Positions 1 through 13,030 of a DNA stretch of 64,000 bases are shown piece by piece. Under the pieces are notes generated by a model. It ran no database searches. It saw nothing but the letters and a program-made list of their open reading frames with translations, and was not told the origin of the DNA. Position 1 is the stretch's first letter; every line of letters begins with the position of its first letter. Origin of the DNA: Convolutriloba macropyga (taxonomy: Eukaryota); NCBI RefSeq assembly GCF_964194025.1, contig NC_134480.1, positions 27,528,001 through 27,592,000 on the forward strand, written 5' to 3'. A program made the translations under genes and the position numbers.

Positions 1-145
1 AGCAGATTCCTTCCTCAGTTGATCTTGAACTCTAAAAAACCCTAAATGCACCGTAACTTAACAGTAATGAGCAAAAATGTCAATAGCAGAAAAAAATGCA
101 AAAACAAAACTGCTTCACAAGTTTTAAATACGAAGAAAACTAAAA

Positions 146-1174
146 AATAGCTGGCAGATTGCCAGAAAATAGCCGCAATAGCTTTGTAGATCTGCATTCT
201 CAAAGAAACAGTAAAAGCGACAGACCAAAAAAGTCTTTGAATTGAAATGTTAAAATTTGATTAAGAATCTGTATAAGTTATCGCTGCCTCTATCAGCTGC
301 TCTTAATAACCTTCATTTAGAGTGACACATTCACTTGACCTTTTCTCTTTGAATTAAAGTAAAGAAAACTAAAGTTCAAAGTGAGGAAGGTGTTTTTGGA
401 GTGAGGTAAGTCACGTGTGACCAAACATTTAATCACGCGAAAGAACAAAACTTGCTCCACTAAGAGCGAAAAATGACGTCACGCACGCGCTTCAGTTGAA
501 ATTGCATGCAAGAATGAACAAAAACTGATTGTGACGTCATAGGGTCGTAATAATCTTGACGAAATAAAAAACATAGCAGGACAAGTCCTGACGTACAATT
601 CAAAGAATTTTCACTGAATAGTAGGATAGAAAAGACAGACCTAGTAGGATTATGAGTGAACAGGAAAACCATTTCCAAAAAAAAAAAAATTAAAAAATTC
701 AAAAAAAACGGAAAATCATAGTTAAAATGCAGCATGTGAACAAAAAACCACTAGCGAAAAAGTGAAACTTGGTTTTAACAACTAGACTAGGCCTAGAGTG
801 ATAAATGAATGGATTGTGAAAACCATTAAGAAAAATCCGATCCAAAAAACCGAAACAGTAAAAATCAAAATGAAAGTGCCGCATGTGAACAAAAAAATCA
901 GTAGCAAGAAAGCGAATTTTTGTTCAAACACCGTTTTCTCACTCGGCTTTAAAATTAGAGCGAAAAAATTTCACACCGCAAAACCACTCGCTTTTTCGCT
1001 CCACTTCCTGTTTCGTCGTGACCAAAATCACTACTCCAATTTGACTTCAAAAATCATGAAAATGTGTGAACAGATCTTACAAAAAAGACAGCGCCCCAAT
1101 ACAATTCAAATTCTTTGAATTGTAAAAACCATGCGAAGGCCAATAATAGCCCCAGCTATCGCTGTGCGGCTATT
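146..1174 (-). mobile_element. Non-autonomous Helentron/HINE-like element, family A (diverged copy)
   Basis: Left end has the short palindrome ctggca-gat-tgccag followed by AATAGCCGC. Right end has the hairpin AATAGCC...GCGGCTATT. The interior (about 560-1130) closely matches 13510-13920 and 23870-24210. Confidence 0.6.
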
Positions 1175-1175
1175 A

Positions 1176-1597
1176 AACATAACCGACTAACGTCGAGCGA
1201 ATTGCTCTCAAACGAACCGCGAGGGGTTGGCTTCGTCAGTAGCTAGTCAGGGTTTAGTGAGGCCAGATTTAGCTTAATTGAAGGTGAAAGTGAGCAGAGC
1301 GGGGTGGGGGGGCGCACAGGGGGCTGATGGGATGGCAACAGTGGGGGGGGGGCGGAGTCAATCTCTAAGAAACGCCCTTCGCACCATAAGTATAAGTCTC
1401 CAAAAAAGATTCTGTGGATCGCATACTTGTGACTAGTGAGCTGAAAGGCTCTAAGAGCACTCAATGCCCGCCGCGCGCACCTGTTTCTACCGTTTTTGAG
1501 GACGAAAAGTCAAATGCGCCAGACCAATCATAATAACGCATTTAAAAAAGACCGACAGGACTAAAATAATTCTACAAACTTCGTTTGGGAGCAATTA
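1176..1597 (-). mobile_element. Non-autonomous Helentron/HINE-like element, family B
   Basis: Starts aaacataa-ccgac..gtcg (hairpin)-AATTGCTC and ends GAGCAATT. Related termini or interiors at about 4440, 10310-10482, 29460, 31095-31275 and 62710. Confidence 0.5.
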
Positions 1598-1834
1598 ATT
1601 AGGCGCTTTTTAATTTCCAATTTGGTCGCATTGAGGTAAATTACTTCAAACCAGAATAGGGCAAATATAATATCTTAATAAGGACAGGGCGAATTTGAAG
1701 GCTTTGTCATACGTGAACAAAACGAGCAGTGATAAACTTAGTAGGACAAAGATTGGTTCGCAAAAATTATTGCACGAGAGACCGAGTGGACAGTAAGACC
1801 ATTACATATTCCAGAGGGAAATATGAAAAATTAA

Positions 1835-2213
1835 AAACATAACTGACTAAACGTCGGAAGAATTGCTCTCGAACGACTAGCTGGAGCTTTCATAAATTGC
1901 AGCCTGCTTCAGTCGTGGGTAGGGAGGGGAGCCTAAATGGGACTAAGAAGTTCAAGGTGGGCTTCAAATAACCACATTAAAGGTTAACATATACCCCTAT
2001 TAAGATTTAAAGTTATGACTTTTAATATTAAATTGCCGCCAATTGAATTCAGCTGCTTGAAATTGTGATTGAGAGAAAGTTTTAGATCACGCGAAACGCA
2101 AAAAGTCAAGGGCGTAAAATTCACTCGAAAAGGCGAAATTGTCAAGCGAAAATTTTGCATAAAAAAGACACACGTTTACAATAATTGCTAGGAACTTCGT
2201 TAAAGAGCAATTA
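1835..2213 (-). mobile_element. HINE-like family B copy
   Basis: About 380 bp, highly similar to 32716-33133; AATTGCTC/GAGCAATT subterminal inverted repeats. Confidence 0.6.
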
Positions 2214-2416
2214 AACATTGTGATAAAGAAAAGGAAGAGATGTTTTAATTTGGGATAGTGGATAAAACTGCTTTTAATAGAATCTAACATTGAACTGGCA
2301 TATTTAAGCCAGGATTCATTGAAGGCGCCAAGATTCATTTTTTTCCACTTTAAAAATTTTAAAAGTTATCAAACAAGGCCGTCAAAAAATAGCCTAATTT
2401 GCAATGTCATGTTTAG

Positions 2417-2748
2417 GAACGGACTCAAATATATTCGTAACAGTGTTCGGTAGCAAAGGCAACAGTGGCAAACACAAACTAGCCGACTCCAAAGACAACA
2501 TCAACAAGTTCGAGCGCAACCAACTGGACACCTTCGACTTCAAATTCACAGATCTCGGTCAACTTCAGAAAATGATCATAGAACACGATAACTCGGGTCA
2601 AGGGGCTGCTTGGTATTTGGACAGGGTTGAGATCACGGACAAAAACAGGGAACAAACATCAGTTTTCCCATGTCAGAAATGGTTTGACAAAAGTAAAGGG
2701 GACCATTTAATCAGCAGGGAACTGTTCGCTCGAATTCAGAAAACATAA
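2417..2748 (+). CDS. Terminal coding exon, PLAT/LH2 domain protein (LOXHD1-like)
   Basis: Acceptor tttag at 2412-2416. Translation GTDSNIFVTVFGSKGNSG...KFERNQLDTF...IEHDNSGQGAAWYLDRVEI...FPCQKW...RELF is a canonical PLAT domain. Stop at 2748. Upstream exons not identified. Confidence 0.88.
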
Positions 2749-3409
2749 CCAAGAAATTCCAAGAAAATCTACAGATTTAATGAGTACACATATTAAAGTA
2801 CAGAAACTCTACAGTTTAATGAGATTCATCAACTGATGAGCACTTAATTGAAAGAATTGACAGGCCCTTCTTTAATGAGGCGTAACTTTGATTGGATTTG
2901 ATTTACCTGTCAATATTCTCTGCACTGTCTCAAAATATTGTATAACAGCACAACTATTCAGAGACAAACCCCTCATTGTCCAACATTCCCACTCACAGTT
3001 TGACATTTTTTAAAAAAAGGAACTTAAATCTTCAGTAACTTCAACAGTTGTGAAATGAATTACTTACATAAACTGTTTGCTGAACAACTCTTCTATATTA
3101 AAACCTATGGCGCTTTAGAAATCTTAGTTTGATAACTGCTTTAAAGCACTGAAACAAAATCTATTTTTAAACATTCTATGAATATAATTTGCTGTGTATA
3201 TAAGAATCAAGAATAAGAGTTATGCGGACTTCGACATAACGAACAAAATATGCACAAATTCAAACATTATTAGTTCATCATTTCCAGTCTTAATGGAGTC
3301 CAAATCAGAAGCCACGTTCACAGCGGAGCAGCAACCTTTTCAAAGGCAGTCGAAACTGCTATCTCAAGTCTCTAACAAGCTCAGAACTCAAATGGACGTC
3401 ATTTTGGGA

Positions 3410-3769
3410 TCAATTTGGGGTTGAACTGGGCGCAAAATTGCAGGGATTAGAGGACCCACTACCTCCTGTTAATGAGGTTCCACTCCCTGTGACCTTTGCT
3501 TTTTTCCTAGGTGGGGAGGCGGGAGACTGAAGGTAGACTAAGGCTTTGTAAGCTTCTGAAATGAGGGTTGGTCTGCTTTTGAGCATACTTTTCCACGCAT
3601 CTGTTTCCATGACCTCGTGGGGTCTGAAGTTAAGGAAGTCGATTGCGGCGGTTTTGAGTTCTTCTGCGTTGTGCATGTCTGCTAGCATTAAAATGTTGGC
3701 CGCATTTTCAACGGTCAAATTAGCACATAGCGTATCTTGACACATGAACTTCAACCTTTGCAAGTCGTA
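3410..3769 (-). CDS. SPOP: SPOP coding exon 9 (last): BTB end, BACK domain, C-terminal NLS
   Basis: ttttag acceptor; YDLQRLKFMCQDTLCANLTVENAANILMLADMHNAEELK...PPRKKAK; TGA at 3410. Confidence 0.95.
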   Translation of the reverse strand, partial: YDLQRLKFMCQDTLCANLTVENAANILMLADMHNAEELKTAAIDFLNFRPHEVMETDAWKSMLKSRPTLISEAYKALVYLQSPASPPRKKAKVTGSGTSLTGGSGSSNPCNFAPSSTPN

Positions 3770-4693
3770 CTAAAACAAAGTTTAATTATTTTTCAAGATA
3801 ATTAACGCGTCATTAGAGGTCAGTTTAAAACGCAACAATAGAAAAATCACTCATTTGAAGAAGGTCACGAAGAGAAGAAAAAATTGATGGAATAGTCAAA
3901 TCGGTCTGAAAAAAGATTGACCAGAATATTGCCTAACATAGTCAGCAGACTGCCAAATATAGTCAGGAAAAAGACTTGCGTGCAGTATAATCAAGATAAA
4001 ACATACAGAATAAGTTGATGAAGTTTTCGACACCGCTTACAAAAATATGAAAAACTTTGAGCTAAATTGATATCTTTGATCTTCACTTCATTCCACAGAA
4101 GCTTTTATATGGGTCCATCATTACACAAATGGATTTTCTCAAATTAATCTTGATTAAACTTGAGATAAAAAGTACCAACGTAATTGTGTTGAGTAAGGTA
4201 AGTCACGTATGATCAAAATCTAATCATGTAAATGACAAAGAACTTGCAAATTGCATGCAAAGAGTAACGTCAAACCAAAAATTCCCCTTAAACTAAAAAT
4301 CGCTACAACAGATTTCTTCACTCCCCTAACTTTCATGTGTAATATTGAAAGATTGAAACATTACACAGGCAGCAAGCAAAATACCATTTGAATCAATTAC
4401 TTATTAGGCCAATTAATTGAGAAATCAAAGACCCAAATAACATAACCGATTGACGTCAGGCGAATTACTCTCAAACTACCGGAGAGTAGTTGGCTTCCGT
4501 AGAAGCCAGCTGGGGTTTAGGGATGCTGGCATTACAGGAGGACGGGTGGTGTGAGCGGATGGGAGAAGGGGGTCAAGCGATGGGAGGTAGGGTTGGGAGG
4601 AGCAGCTTAAATTCTGAATGAGAGCAACTCAGAAGTTAAGCTTAAAAAGTCACTCGAAAACACAAATCGCTCAGGCCAGCAATAGAAAATTCG

Positions 4694-4850
4694 GATCTAT
4701 TCTGTTTGCCCCCCCCCCCCTCCCCCGATTAGTGGGGTTATATCATTTACTCCCCCAGGCATTACATAGTAACGTGCTATATAACAACATATAAATTGTA
4801 ACGGGGGGGGGGGGGGCGTAAAAACACTGTGGTACCAAAACAGAATATAA
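4694..4850. mobile_element. Short MITE-like repeat with G/C homopolymer tracts
   Basis: GGATCTATTCTG...CAGAAT ends; core catagtaacgtgctatataacaa is shared with about 11230-11366 and 11807-12068. Confidence 0.5.
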
Positions 4851-5374
4851 TTAAAAATTCTATAAAACTTTTCCGTGAAAAATACTTACACCCTCACATG
4901 TGCTCAATTTTACTGCAACCCGATCAGGTGGTGGTGGTAGTTTGCCTTTTCAGGCAAACTAACAGTAGAGCTTATATGGAACTTAAAAAATTTAAAATGA
5001 GAAAGAGCCGCACGACTACATTAATGGCTTCTAACATTGTTTGAGAGTAATTTTTAAACAAGTAATTTAAAAATATGACCAAAAGGATAAAACACTTGGA
5101 AACAATATGAAGACCCATCAAGCATTCATATTATTTTAACCATGAAATCAAACCAAATTATTGAATATTTTTTGTTCCTAAAAAACTTTGAACTCTCTTC
5201 GGCTGCTATTTAGAGGGATGCGCTCATTGAGAAAAATCATTCAGCTTATTTTTTGCACTGTTTTTTGCTTCTTGCTCAATTAACTCACAACAATTCATAC
5301 ACTTAAAAACGCGAATTTGACACCCATTTTAGCCACATATTATCGAGCTAGCAAGTCATCAACAAGTAACTGAC

Positions 5375-5497
5375 CTTATCAGCAGCTGCTAAGAGTGGTT
5401 CAGCCATCTTGTCAATGTTTGGAGCACAGCCAGTGTAAATGAAATTGAGCATCTCTTTCAGAACAGGAAACTCAATGTCGGGAATTTCTACTCGGCC
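5375..5497 (-). CDS. SPOP: SPOP coding exon 8 (BTB)
   Basis: AG/GT bounded; [41 protein letters not shown]. Confidence 0.95.
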
Positions 5498-5630
5498 CTA
5501 ACAATTACAACAACAGGGTTACATAGCTTGAATTCAGACTTTAAAAAATGTCAAAGTTGAACAAATTTTGCACGATATCAGTGGTTTGGAAAAACAGTGA
5601 ATACCAATAAATTTTTTTTAAAAATCTCAC

Positions 5631-5686
5631 CTTTTGCTGTTCTTCCATGTTGGATGAAAACATTGCACTGAAAACGGGACTTCGCG
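5631..5686 (-). CDS. SPOP: SPOP coding exon 7 (BTB)
   Basis: tttcag/gtgaga bounded; ARSPVFSAMFSSNMEEQQK. Confidence 0.93.
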
Positions 5687-5933
5687 CTGAAACAAAATAA
5701 AGACTTTACACCCCCTGACTATTGTTCAAATGATTTGTTGAAAACTGTTGATTATTTGGATTGGACCTTGGAGCACAAAAACAAACAGCACCATTAAGAA
5801 TCTAGCAAAAAACACCCATTACTTTAAGTATCTAATCAACATACAAAAATATACTAATGTGCGTAAGAATAAAAACAGGTGTTATCATGTAACTATATTT
5901 GCTGTACCTAAAGTTGCAACAATTATATCCCAC

Positions 5934-6114
5934 CTGCAAGAATGGCCTTGTGCGCAGAGACCACTTGTAAGGGGGACACAGCTAGTACCACATCTGTGAG
6001 GACTCCCTGCTCGAACAATGATCCCATATCCTGGGACAGTCGACACTCTGGGATCTTCTGGGCTGCGGGGTTGGTTGTTCCACCATTACTACACGAGTCC
6101 ATCACCACGCTCAC
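5934..6114 (-). CDS. SPOP: SPOP coding exon 6 (MATH-BTB linker, BTB start)
   Basis: VSVVMDS...KIPECRLSQDMGSLF...AHKAILA; AG/GT bounded with phases consistent with neighbouring exons. Confidence 0.95.
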
Positions 6115-6289
6115 CTGTCATGTAGAACACTGTTCTTACATTGCATATAAAAAGTCCAGTGCCATTTCTCAAAGGAAAGCTAAAGGCTTGGTCGGCGTCT
6201 TTTTCGCTTTATTGTTCCAACATTTTTCTCTATAAATGGGGACACAAAAGAGGCACATTTTCTGTCCGATTTGGATATCTCTTTGTTTA

Positions 6290-8520
6290 CATTTCAACGT
6301 TTTAAATTTCAAACGAGGCCATATAAATCTAATAAGGTGTCTTTTTATGTAAATTATGAAATTGATTACTTTGAAACTATTTGTCTCAAGTTTTGATACA
6401 AGATGTTTTTTTCTGTAGGTTGGTACAGTCTGAGTAACAGAGATATCAAGCATTACAGTATAAAAATAAAGGAAGCTAATCAATGATTTGAGTTCATTGC
6501 TATCAGTTTTTATGACTTCACTCTAAACGTTTTCAAAACATAAGTGAATTTAGACCTTGTTATTATTTTTGTTGTCTTTCCTTTCTCAACTATTAAAGTT
6601 CGCAAAGTTCGTAAGTCAATAATGAGGCACATCGGAATCAAAATTTCATTTTGCATTTTCTAGCTAATAATAGATTCAAAATTGCCGCAATTTGATTCTA
6701 AAAATTTGCAGAATTTTTGAGAGTTTGTCTACATTTGGTTTTTCACCCACTTGATTTATTGGGTTTCATTTGGTTGTTTATGATTTGAATTATACACTAT
6801 TCTGATTGCTCAAAAGATCGACTGTCTTTCTAGGTAAACACAATTGAAACTTCTGAATATGTCAATTTGACAGCGAATGGTTTTAAAACTTTGTTCCAAA
6901 AATCAAAAGATTGAGAAAAAATATTTTCCCTGAAAAATTGCTGTGTCCAATTTGTAAACTCACAAAGAGGTTATAGCCTCTTCATACTCGAAAATTTCTG
7001 CCCGTTCTTAGTAGTTTCAGTTTTTGCCATTCTCCCTGAGGTTGTATTTGGTTTTAAAATTTTTAACATCAAACATCTTAAATGGGAGCTTTCAGGAATT
7101 TCTGTTCTATTTTCGAGTAGGAGCGTTTGATTTTGATAATTTGTTAGAAAAAACGTTTGGCAAATTTCAAAGGAAACCCTGACATATATAACTCATGACG
7201 TAGCCTGTGATTATCTAGCTTGGGCGATCTCTATTTGAATTTCCGCTCTCAATTTAGAATATCAAGAGTGCTTTTTTTCGACTCATAAATTATATCAATT
7301 TTTCTCCTATGAATCAACTTGAGCTGTTAGAAACTAATCGAGATAATTTGGAGGACAGGCAAGCTGGTTAATACTAATTTCAAAATTGAGACTTTGCAGT
7401 TTGAAATTTAGTTTGAAAACAGGATAAATGGGGAAATAAAAAAAAACTGATCTCAGTGGTATTAAATCTCTCTCTTGTATAGATGACTGTTCTCTATTAG
7501 AATCTACCAGTGTAAATGACAAAATACGAAGATTGGATCGACTAGAGGCAGTGTAATGTCTTCAAGGTACACATATGCTGTTGTACATATGCTGTTGGTA
7601 AAAAGATTTTGTTGACTTTGACAGCATATTTTCATCGAATTTTTGTTAACTGTGTCCCATTTTTGATCAGGTAATCTTTTGTCACTATGTCCCAACACCA
7701 AGACGTCTCATTGAATTTCAAACGAGGTCGTACAAATATAGAGAATGTGACTGTTTCGGGAATTGATTACTTTCAAACTATTTGTTTAAAACTTTTGAAA
7801 TATTTGAGTTTTGAGTTTCTAGATTTTTTTGATGTTTTTATGATGATTTTTTCTCTAGGTTTGTAACAGTCTGAGTAACAGAAGATATCCATCATTACAA
7901 TATTAAAATGAAGGAAACTTATCAATCATTTGAGTTCCTTGCTAATAGTTTTTATGACTTGACTCTAAATGCTTTCAAAAACATAAATTGAATTCTGAGT
8001 TGACCTTTTTGATGTTACCTTTCTCTTCAATCTCACTCGTCAGTTTCTACATCTGAATCAAAATTTCCTTTTCATATGATAGCTAGTCATAGATATAAAA
8101 ATTGATTGCCTTAAAAATTTGGAGAATATTTGGATATTTGCCTATATTTGGTTTTTCACTCTTTTGGTTTTTGTGTTAAACTTGGTCGTTTACAATTGGA
8201 CTTATCAATTAATCTGATTGGAAACAATCGAAATTAATTTTCTGGAGAGCCAGAACCCAAACTTCAGACATGTCACTCAATCTCACAAGCAAAAAGCAGC
8301 TGCTCGAAGTTAGTGATTTTCATTTTCACTGAGGTTTCATTTTTGTTTTCAAATTGTAGCACCAAACATTTTCCAAGAAATTGGAGTTTTCAGGATTTCC
8401 CTTTTTTACATATGTGTGCTAATATAAATTGCTTGCTAATTTGGTAGACCAATCGTTTAGTAGGTTCCATGGGAATTGCCAATGAATATATCGCTTGGGG
8501 AGGTAACCTCTATTTGAATT
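6290..8520. repeat. Diverged intronic direct duplication (about 6290-7260 vs about 7705-8520)
   Basis: Collinear shared blocks, e.g. ttcaaacgagg, attgattacttt, cagtctgagtaacaga, gaatcaaaattt, ctctatttgaattt. Confidence 0.7.
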
Positions 8521-8772
8521 TGATATGATTTTAGAATCTTAATAAAAAAAGAGCTGAGGTCAGTTTACTTCTGCACTCAGTTATAAGTCCAAGTCTCTAA
8601 ATTAAAATTTAATTGAAATCAAATAGAAGTCAAATATTACTTTAAAAGCATTACAGTTTAAGACTTACTTTGAAAAAGGGACTTTATTTTTTTGTAAAAG
8701 TAGTTGTTGATATATCCTTTTTTTTTCGTTAGCGTTGATTACATGGCTGTCAACTTGTCTGTTCCCATGTCC

Positions 8773-9518
8773 ATAACGAATGAAGTAATGAGTAGCTTTG
8801 AACCATGGGAAGCTTTAAAATCAACTTCATAAAAAATGTTGGAACCAGGGAAACAAAGGAAATTTGTTGAAAATTGCGTTCCTCTATTCAAAGCAAAAAA
8901 ATAATTAAGTGTTCCCATAGTTTATAAACAGTAACAATTTAAATTGGTATTGCTGGTTCACAGTGATAAAGACGCTCGTTAATATGCCATGGCACTATGT
9001 TCCAACCCCACTGATCGACAATTGTCTATCTATTGAAGTAGCCTTTCAAGTAGTTCAAATACTGTTACTTCAACTTTGGTAGATTCTTAAAACAGACAGG
9101 ATATCTATACAAAAAAGGACTCACAAAAGTGACGCTCACACGAGTGTGAGTCCCTTTTTCATAGATGTCTGTCATTTCATGAGAATCTATCAAAGTTTAA
9201 GTAACAAAATATGTCAAAATATGTCTACTAAGTTATCTCTACTTCAATTGGTAGACAATTGAGACAAGATTGTGGGTCAGCGGGGTTGGAACATTATTTC
9301 CCATCGGATATTAGCTAGCCTCCTTGTCTCGGTGAACCAGCAATTCCAATTTAGGTTCTGCTGTTAATAAACTATATGAACACCCAATTATTTAATCGCT
9401 TTGATTACAGGAAAGCATTTTTAACAAAAATTCTTTTCTTTGCTTCCCTGTTTCCAATATTATTCATTCGGTTGTTTTTAATCCTACTCCATGGTTTAAA
9501 AACAATTTATTTTCGTTA
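8773..9518. repeat. Long imperfect inverted repeat (foldback/MITE) with ~350-bp arms
   Basis: Nested complementary pairs aaccatgg/ccatggtt, tgctggttcac/gtgaaccagca, tgttccaacccc/ggggttggaaca and gactcaca/tgtgagtc around a centre near 9135. Confidence 0.85.
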
Positions 9519-11806
9519 AATTAACATTTAAGTTTCAAGAATTAGTTTTGACATTGAATTTCAAATTTACCGTAATTTTTGCAATTAAAAACTTTTTTTT
9601 CTCCTGAATTTCAGGTTTAGCTAACTACCAGAGAATAAAGTTACGAATAACCAACTAACCATACATTTTTGCTCTCCACAGAGAACAGGGCTAAGAATTA
9701 AACGGCTGAACAAATCGCGGACCTATTTTTTCCTTTCCAGTTTTGGGGGCATATAATTTTTACGCCCCAGTCGCACGTACTATATTTATTATAGTAAAAA
9801 GCTGTACAGCAAAATTTTAAGAGGGGTAAAATAGAATAGATTCCAAATCTCAGCGATAAAAAAATATTGGGTACAATAAACGTGACGTCGAGATAAAAAT
9901 TAGGAAATACGGATCGTTTCCGTTTGTGCCCCCCTCCCCGTTTGGCGGGTGCATATTATGTTGCACCCTTTAGATGCACGTGCCATATTTTACATTGATT
10001 TACCGTGTAGCAGCACGTGCTCCGCAAATAGGGGTTGCATTACGTACTGGGGTCACAAACGGAAAAGATGCGGAATAATTTTTCAAAAAAATTGTGTACA
10101 CTTCTTTCGAAAAACCAAACTTTTTATTTATCAAAAAAATACGTGTCCAATGTCAATGTATTCTGATGTGGCCACAAAGAAAATGGTTGAGCTAAATTAG
10201 GTCTAGTTTATTATAACAGAATTTCAAAATTAATTTTGTTTCATAGCACGTTTTGATCAAACGAAAATTGATGTTTAATTTTTGTCAATTCTGGCTCGAT
10301 CGTACACTAAGAGACTAGTGCGGCCTTAAGAGAGCTTCTCTGCAAATTAATGCCCTCTGCATTTCAATTGCTGATACCGTTTTTGAGGACAAAGTCAAAA
10401 GCGTTAGACAAAATTGATCAAGTGAAAAACTGCATAAGAGACCGCATGACATTAAAAGTGATAACTTCGTTACAGAGCAAATAACATTTATGGAACTTCT
10501 GCAAAACCATCAACATATTTTCCCAGAAAAAAGCACTTCACGAGCTTGAGTGGTTATGTTGGTGTACTTCGATTCAATCGAATCATATTAATGTATAAAC
10601 TCTGAATGGTTTCTGGTACAACAATATTCAAAGAATCGGCTACTATATTTCCACCGTCACAGTATTGGAATCCGCAGCCCTAAAATGTTGAAGTCGTTGG
10701 ATCTTTTCCGTTTGTAACTGTCCTGTCCCCTTATGGAAAATTAGTTCAGTAACTTCTTTTTACCGAATATCTAAGTTCGCAGTTGGCACGGTTTTCCCCT
10801 ATACATGGTTCTTTTGTATTGCATATCGATGGGGGATCAATTATTGCAGGATTTTTTATTGCTCTTAAATTAATTATAGAATTAGGTTTTAAGTAATTAA
10901 AATTTAATTATTCAAATAATGGTTTAAGCTAATTGGAACTTGCCGAGGAATATAGTGAGTGTTCTAAAGGAGCTATTCACGTAATGCGCCCTCCTTCAAT
11001 ACAAGGCGTATATTTTTTGTATCACCATGCATACAATGATTGGATTTATTGTTTCACCCCTAAGCTTAGTGGGCATATAGCTTTTAGGATCTTTTCTGTT
11101 TAGCTTAGTTGCATATTTTTTGCAACCCTCAGACGCACTGCCATATTTTAGCATAATGGATGTAATGGCGATTTCTCTGTAACTGGGGAGCATAACGTAC
11201 TTGGGGGCGGGGGGGGGGGGGGGGGGGGAGATGCATCTTTTACCCCCCCCCCCCACAGGTGCATGTGCTCTTTTTCACATAGTAACGTGCTATATAACAA
11301 AAATTGTAGTTGGAGGGCATGAAAAACACTGAGGGGGGGGGGGGGGGGGGGACCAGAACAGATCCAATGATTAACTATGCAAGGACACGGGTTTTATAAT
11401 GGGGGGATCACGGAGATGCAAAGATACAAGTCATTTTTCTGCCTATATATTGCAGTTGAGTGGGGATGTTCATTATGATTATCCAAAACTTCTAACCTTA
11501 ATGAGGTCATTGGAAGCAAGGTTCGTTCTTTTACGACTAAAGTAGGGCCGCATGGCCATAGAGTAACGAAACCTCCAATTAAAGAATTTATAGCAACACA
11601 CTGGTCATACGCAGTACCGTCATAGACAGAGACTTATCGCTCTAAGTAACAAAGTCTCTTTGTTGAGGATTTTTGCACTCACGGCAGCATAATATTTCCA
11701 CTTTGAAAATTTAAAATGGCCCAGCTTCTTGGAGAGAAAATATCACGTGCTTAAATGTGCTATGACCAGAGGTCAAAGCGAGATTTGAGGTCACAGTATG
11801 CAATTG

Positions 11807-12068
11807 AGATCTATTCGGCACCCCGATTAGTGGGGATATAACTTTCACGGCTCTTTCTCATTATAGCCCCCCTTAACGGAGGTTTACAATGATGGGGGGT
11901 GGGGGTGGGGCTATACGTTATATGACCACTAAGCTGTGGGGAGGGGGCATAATGGGAAAGGCCTAGTTTTACGCCATTTTGTACATAGTAATGTGCTATA
12001 TACCAACACAATTTGTAAGTGCTTAAAAACACGGTAGGGGGGGAGGGAGGGGAAGACAGAATAGATCC
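11807..12068. mobile_element. MITE-like repeat, same family as 4694 and about 11230-11366
   Basis: gatctattc...gaatagatc inverted ends plus shared core. Confidence 0.55.
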
Positions 12069-12303
12069 GGTTTCGATTGAACTCATCGTTAAATGACCAT
12101 CTATAATGGATAGATTTATATCCCTTATCCACAATGGATAGTCACACCGATTTATAATGTTCTGATCATTCTCAATGGAAAGATCGCTTTCGTTTCTACA
12201 CACATGAAACTAAAAACAACAATTATCTTAACAAACTAGGCAAGAACTTTCACAAACTAGCATACCTATATTACGGTCCAATAATTCATCATAAACAGTT
12301 TAC

Positions 12304-12431
12304 CTCGCAATAAATAGTGAGTTTGTCATCACAGATGAGTCCATTCACTTCGTCCAATAAAAAGTCTCGTCTAATGAACTTCTTGAATCCCCAATCCTTC
12401 CCTTGCACAAATCTGTACGCACGCTGGCTCT
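12304..12431 (-). CDS. SPOP: SPOP coding exon 5 (MATH)
   Basis: [43 protein letters not shown], the SPOP substrate-binding signature; AG/GT bounded. Not in the ORF track. Confidence 0.97.
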
Positions 12432-13030
12432 CTAAACAACAGCACGACAACTTCATCAAGAGTAAGGCCAGAACTGCATGACAATTGTTGCTAAAAATGG
12501 CTTATATTTTATAAAATTGTGAATAAATTTTGTCTCGTCCAGCATGGAAAGGATATCAAGTAAGGTAGCTTGAAAAATTAAAACATGCTACACTATTGGA
12601 CAGCATTGTCTTTATTCGTCAATTATCAAAGACAAAATCTCGTGTAATATTTTTCGAAACCTATAATTTAACCCCAACTTTGTAAACCGAAGATGACCCA
12701 AACGAAAAGAGATAAAAAATGACAGCATTTGTTTATTAATTTATGTCAAAAAGCTCAATTAGCTTCTAAAATTATAATTAATTCAGCTTTTAATCTGAAG
12801 GCTGTTAAGCTTGATAGTACTACCGGCTAAAAATCTCTCTAATGAACTTTGATAAACTAAGGCACTACAACTTAATGACCAGGCTTTATCGGTTTAACTA
12901 GCATCTATTGATTTTGATCGTATAACCTTGACCGTCCGTATTTACTATATTTCGTAATTCGATGGGTGAAAAAATTAGAAATCTATTTAGTTCCGACAGT
13001 GAGGTAAGTCAGAAGTGGTTACTTATAAAA

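Noticed and set aside
798-1118. 106-aa ORF and its 104-aa near-duplicate at 13601-13915
   Set aside because: Both lie inside the family A repeat; similarity reflects repeat homology, the third copy is not open, and there is no protein motif.
1683-1792. AG/GT-bounded 110-nt open segment as a possible upstream exon of the PLAT gene
   Set aside because: Phase 2 does not join the phase-1 exon at 2417, and the peptide has no PLAT features.
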